Shown: in pieces, positions 63,468 to 64,000 of the stretch | How positions within the stretch are numbered: the stretch's first letter is position 1 | How the letters are laid out: the number at the start of each line of letters is the position of its first letter | NCBI GenBank assembly: GCA_030867685.1 | Contig: JAQOWU010000001.1 | Coordinates: 248,001 to 312,000 of the forward strand | Source of the DNA: Wickerhamiella versatilis | Lineage: Eukaryota | DNA: 64,000 nucleotides | Direction of reading: 5' to 3' | The notes under the pieces: generated by a model | What the model was told of the DNA's origin: nothing | The model's database searches: none | What the model saw: the letters and a program-made list of their open reading frames with translations, nothing else | Position numbers and translations under genes: made by a program

Positions 63468-64000
63468 ATGATATATTTCCTAGATATACTAAAACTATAT
63501 TGGTATTCTTGTTTAGTCAACTTACGACAATTGAGGGTTCGCATCGACTGCATTGACAGCTATCAGGCACCGGAACAAGGTACTATATTGCCTGTAGTAA
63601 GAATATATGGTCGTGATGGACATGGAAATGCATGCGTAGTCCATGTACATGGTGTATTTCCTTACTTTTATGTTCCGGTGCCTCCAGGTATAGATGCCTT
63701 TAACTATGCACAACTGCTTCACAACGCAATTGACGAGAAGTTGGGCCAAGTATGGCGTCGTGCAGATGCTAGATTTGTGTGGAAAGCTCAGGTCTGCAAG
63801 GCATTCCCCTTCTACGGATTCTGCGTAGGTTGGCATCCTTTTGTTAAGATAGAATTGAGGAATCCAAATTATATCTATAAATGCGCTGATTTGTGTCGTT
63901 CAGGACAAATCACAGGTGAGCCAGTGCAATCTTACGAGTCTCATATTCCATATCTGCTTAGTTTTCTGGCCGATCACAATTTATATGGATGCGACTATGC
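63468..64000 (+). CDS. REV3: DNA polymerase zeta catalytic subunit, 5' part (runs off the window; not in the ORF track)
   Basis: LRVRIDCIDSYQ, VVRIYG, HVHGVFPYFY, PFYGFCVGW, YESHIPYLLSFLADHNLYGC; start ATG 63468 or TTG 63531. Confidence 0.9.
   Translation, partial: MIYFLDILKLYWYSCLVNLRQLRVRIDCIDSYQAPEQGTILPVVRIYGRDGHGNACVVHVHGVFPYFYVPVPPGIDAFNYAQLLHNAIDEKLGQVWRRADARFVWKAQVCKAFPFYGFCVGWHPFVKIELRNPNYIYKCADLCRSGQITGEPVQSYESHIPYLLSFLADHNLYGCDY

Noticed and set aside
1..64000. Transposons, LTRs, CRISPR arrays or bacterial operon-like transfers
   Set aside because: No transposase or reverse transcriptase ORFs, terminal repeats, spacer arrays or clearly bacterial genes were seen.

Overview
Gene-dense, almost intron-free chromosomal segment of a budding yeast (Saccharomycotina). 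Complex I genes, a dispersed 5S rRNA gene, short proteins and short intergenic spacers suggest a Wickerhamiella-like Trichomonascaceae species (inference). It carries about 40 protein genes, mostly housekeeping, and ends in the mating-type locus: NVJ2-SUI1-SLA2-MATalpha1-TFC1, with alpha1 only and no room for alpha2. The longer spacers hide RNA genes missing from the ORF track: a 5S rRNA, an snR41/snR70/snR51 box C/D snoRNA cluster with apparent splice signals, an RNase MRP/P-type RNA with an A/U-rich P4 helix, a long H/ACA snoRNA and an unassigned ~310-nt rod-like RNA. Other points of interest: alpha-tubulin is split by a -1 shift at an in-phase U-UUU-UUA heptamer (assembly error or recoding); EGD1 and SUI1 appear to have 5'-UTR introns; REV3 may start at UUG; a TGACTAA/TTACTAA element recurs near gene starts. 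All calls come from reading the sequence and recalled family consensus sequences; no searches or folding programs were run.
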